From an uncultured Spirochaetota bacterium (GTDB taxonomy: Bacteria; Spirochaetota; Brevinematia; Brevinematales; JAOACQ01): a stretch of DNA of 64,000 nt. The notes under the pieces are model-generated. The model was given only the letters and a program-made list of their open reading frames with translations. It ran no database searches and had not been told where the DNA came from. The stretch covers positions 480,001-544,000 of the forward strand of contig CAWAOD010000011.1 in assembly GCA_963783575.1 (NCBI GenBank), read 5' to 3'. The position numbers were made by a program, and so were the translations under genes. This document shows positions 61,460 to 64,000 of this stretch, piece by piece (within the stretch, counting starts at the first letter, position 1; each line of letters opens with the position of its first letter).

Positions 61460-63544
61460 ATGAATACGCCTGATGATAATATTATAAACAAATATAAAGA
61501 TGTTCCAAGCTGGGTGTTTTATCAGGAGCGTCAAAAAATTGAGCTTTCCAATGACTTGGGTATAATGGATAAAGATGAATTGGCTCTGTTATTCGCAATA
61601 ACCGAATATGCCGAGAAATATGGCACGACATATCTCCCGATTCAAAATCTTTACAAGTATATATATGACTATGGATTAAGAGTAAATAACAATACTTTAA
61701 AAGTTGAAGATAATATTATTAATTTAATTAAAAGCGTTTATATTTCGCTGCACAAAAAAAAATACTGTACGGTGGAGAGTAAGGACAATAAATTGATAGC
61801 ATTGATACTACTTGATCCTCAAATTTTGAGTCCCGAACAGACCAGGTCAGTGATCAATAAACTGAAAAAAATATATTCTTCGTCCGATCAGGATTATTCG
61901 GTAATGTTTCCGGGCAGTGATGATATACCGAAGAGTGGATTATCAGGTAAAATTCTTAACACAGTTTCAATTAAAGAAATGAATAATCAAAAAATCAAGG
62001 AATTGGAACAGGCAGGACCGATTACTAAAGTATTTATGCCTTCAAATGAAGATATTGTGGTTCCAACAGATGAATTGAACAGATTATACAATAGGGCTTT
62101 TCAAAAAATTAAAAAATATATGTATGAATCAAATGATTTCAGTTCTTTGATTTCACTGAAATTAAAGCAGGCTTTCCCGAATAATCCAAATTTAAACTCA
62201 TCCTCCGGAATAATGAAAGTTGTAGAAACCGATCCAAAATTTGCAGTTGCATTATCAAATGAAATATTAAATAATACTCATAATAACGATAAAGAAAGGA
62301 GTATTAACCAGGCAGCAGATATTTTAAAGAATATGTCTATTATGCAAAGTGAGCAGGCGCAATTGAAAACTCATATGGAAAAATCCATGGAAATGATGTT
62401 GAAGATCATGGAAAATTATCCGGTAGCTTTTAATAGAAACCAGCTTCTAAAATTAAGGGAAAAACATACTTTTCTAAAGTTATATACTGAAAGGGATTAT
62501 ATTGATGTTGTAAATAATTTTATTCAGCATTATACATTTTCGGATTCAGTAGATATACCCCCGATTCTGATTCAATTAAAATTGGAAGGTGAAAATAAAT
62601 ATATCCATAGGGAACATTTTTTTTATACTTTTTTTGAAAAAGTTGAATCTATAGCTTTTGAACTAAAAAAAGAATTTGTAACTTCCTGGGAACAGGCAAA
62701 TTATAATCCTGATAATGACAGGATCTTAAACGATCCCGCAGTCTTTGAAAAATATATTGATAATTATTTCCATAATAAAGATGAATACCTGGCTCAAATG
62801 ATAGATAATTCCAAGCTTTTGTATAATTTATTCGTTTTTGTCGGTAATAAAGACCTAAATATTAAAAAGCAGATGGATAGATTCTTTTTTTCACCTTCAA
62901 GCAGTGATAATCCAATAAAGCGGCCCACCTATGAAATTCTTTTATTTGACAGGAATAAATTATTAAAGGAGGCATATGATCATTCACCAATGTCAATGAA
63001 ATTTTCTCTTATAAAATTCATATTTAGTTTATTCCGGGGATTTGGCAAACGGATGGAAAAAGCAATAGAAACGCAAATGGTTGAAAAGAAGAATATGCCT
63101 AAATTTTCAGAATTATTGCAGCAAAATAAGTCTGCACCCGATGACCAACAGGGCAAAAAAACATCCGTACAGGAACCGGCAAAAACTTCAATTGTTGATG
63201 AGAAGAACGAGGCAATAAAAAAATCACTTCAAAACTTCAGGGATGAATTCACCGGGGGTAAAAAAACCGATGAGATGCTTCAATTTTTTGAACAGCACTG
63301 GAATCATGTTATTAATAATAATGCCCGGGAAGAGAACCTTAAAATTATAAAGGAAAAGATCCATCATCGTTTAAAATTTATGAAAAATGCGGCACCGCCT
63401 TTGATTATTAAAGAAACCAATGATATGATGAAAACCGAGAGTATTTTTAATAATATAGCCGATCATGATTCGCTTAAAAGTTATATCATTCTTTATATGA
63501 CAGAATATTTCATACAAAAGAACATCAAAGCCGAAAAGAAATAG
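61460..63544 (+). CDS. Large soluble hypothetical protein
   Basis: 694-aa ORF with AGGAG RBS; no motif recognised. Confidence 0.8.
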   Translation: MNTPDDNIINKYKDVPSWVFYQERQKIELSNDLGIMDKDELALLFAITEYAEKYGTTYLPIQNLYKYIYDYGLRVNNNTLKVEDNIINLIKSVYISLHKKKYCTVESKDNKLIALILLDPQILSPEQTRSVINKLKKIYSSSDQDYSVMFPGSDDIPKSGLSGKILNTVSIKEMNNQKIKELEQAGPITKVFMPSNEDIVVPTDELNRLYNRAFQKIKKYMYESNDFSSLISLKLKQAFPNNPNLNSSSGIMKVVETDPKFAVALSNEILNNTHNNDKERSINQAADILKNMSIMQSEQAQLKTHMEKSMEMMLKIMENYPVAFNRNQLLKLREKHTFLKLYTERDYIDVVNNFIQHYTFSDSVDIPPILIQLKLEGENKYIHREHFFYTFFEKVESIAFELKKEFVTSWEQANYNPDNDRILNDPAVFEKYIDNYFHNKDEYLAQMIDNSKLLYNLFVFVGNKDLNIKKQMDRFFFSPSSSDNPIKRPTYEILLFDRNKLLKEAYDHSPMSMKFSLIKFIFSLFRGFGKRMEKAIETQMVEKKNMPKFSELLQQNKSAPDDQQGKKTSVQEPAKTSIVDEKNEAIKKSLQNFRDEFTGGKKTDEMLQFFEQHWNHVINNNAREENLKIIKEKIHHRLKFMKNAAPPLIIKETNDMMKTESIFNNIADHDSLKSYIILYMTEYFIQKNIKAEKK

Positions 63545-63607
63545 TTAGCGATAAGAATTTTTTTTATGATTTCAGTATCTCAAACAATTAATAATCCGGA
63601 GTATTTA

Positions 63608-64000
63608 ATGAGTGGGCAAACATTAAAAACAAATGGTTTGAGGACCAATATTGAAGTACTGGATAAAATGCTTGGATGCGATTTGACAGACTCACCGGAT
63701 ACAAGTCTTCCCCCTGGTTCTGTATTTTTAATCCGTGGCGAACCGGGAGCCGGTAAAACAACCTTGGGATTACAGATTCTCTCCGCTCAATTAGCCCAGG
63801 ATGATAAAAATCAGAAAGATGAAGATAAGAAAAGTGAGATAATTTTATTCTCCCTGGAGAAAGATCCGGAAAGCGTCATCGATTATGCAAATAAGGAGTT
63901 TGGATTATTTCAAAATATTAATGAAGACCGTATCATGAAAATTGGTGAAGATTTGATGGAGAAGTTTCTAGAAACAATAGTTATAGTTAAAAATCCCATT
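63608..64000 (+). CDS. KaiC/RAD55-like RecA-superfamily ATPase (3' end outside window)
   Basis: Manual translation MSGQTLKTNGLRTNIEVLDKMLG...LPPGSVILIRGEPGAGKTTLGLQ...FSLEK; GGAG RBS. Confidence 0.82.
   Translation, partial: MSGQTLKTNGLRTNIEVLDKMLGCDLTDSPDTSLPPGSVFLIRGEPGAGKTTLGLQILSAQLAQDDKNQKDEDKKSEIILFSLEKDPESVIDYANKEFGLFQNINEDRIMKIGEDLMEKFLETIVIVKNPI

Overview
AT-rich bacterial chromosomal window from a probable anaerobe; a spirochaete-like origin is a weak inference. Left to right: (1) 1-7.4 kb, a putative methoxy-aromatic utilisation cluster (UroD/MtaA-family methyltransferase, two FAD-linked oxidoreductases with one frameshifted, a CCG Fe-S protein, an aromatic-acid MFS transporter); (2) eno and a c-di-GMP/two-component module whose histidine kinase is interrupted by one in-frame TGA at a position that is Cys in its neighbouring paralog; (3) a PfkB kinase and gcvT-H-PA-PB; (4) 20.5-33 kb, a run of small, unrelated, mostly minus-strand accessory genes separated in places by degenerate attC-like sites, including a VapBC pair and an IS1182-family element inserted in a REP-like hairpin; (5) a GH43 lipoprotein bracketed by a duplicated sigma70-type promoter; (6) 34.5-45.3 kb, a 2-aminoethylphosphonate (AEP) biosynthesis and activation cluster (PepM-NTP transferase, Ppd, NTP transferase-AEP transaminase, TagF-like transferase, a YLDP micro-protein) bracketed by two paralogous LtaS/EptA-like membrane transferases; (7) trpS-scpA-scpB-pheA, a GH57 branching enzyme, a REC-PAS-GGDEF-EAL protein, nfeD, cvpA, rfbACDB, a GNAT, trxA, a large hypothetical and a truncated KaiC/RAD55-like ATPase. 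A modular palindromic repeat occurs five times, and one copy is inserted in frame inside rfbB, adding about 70 codons. No rRNA, tRNA or CRISPR array was recognised. All calls rest on motif recognition by eye; no database searches were run.
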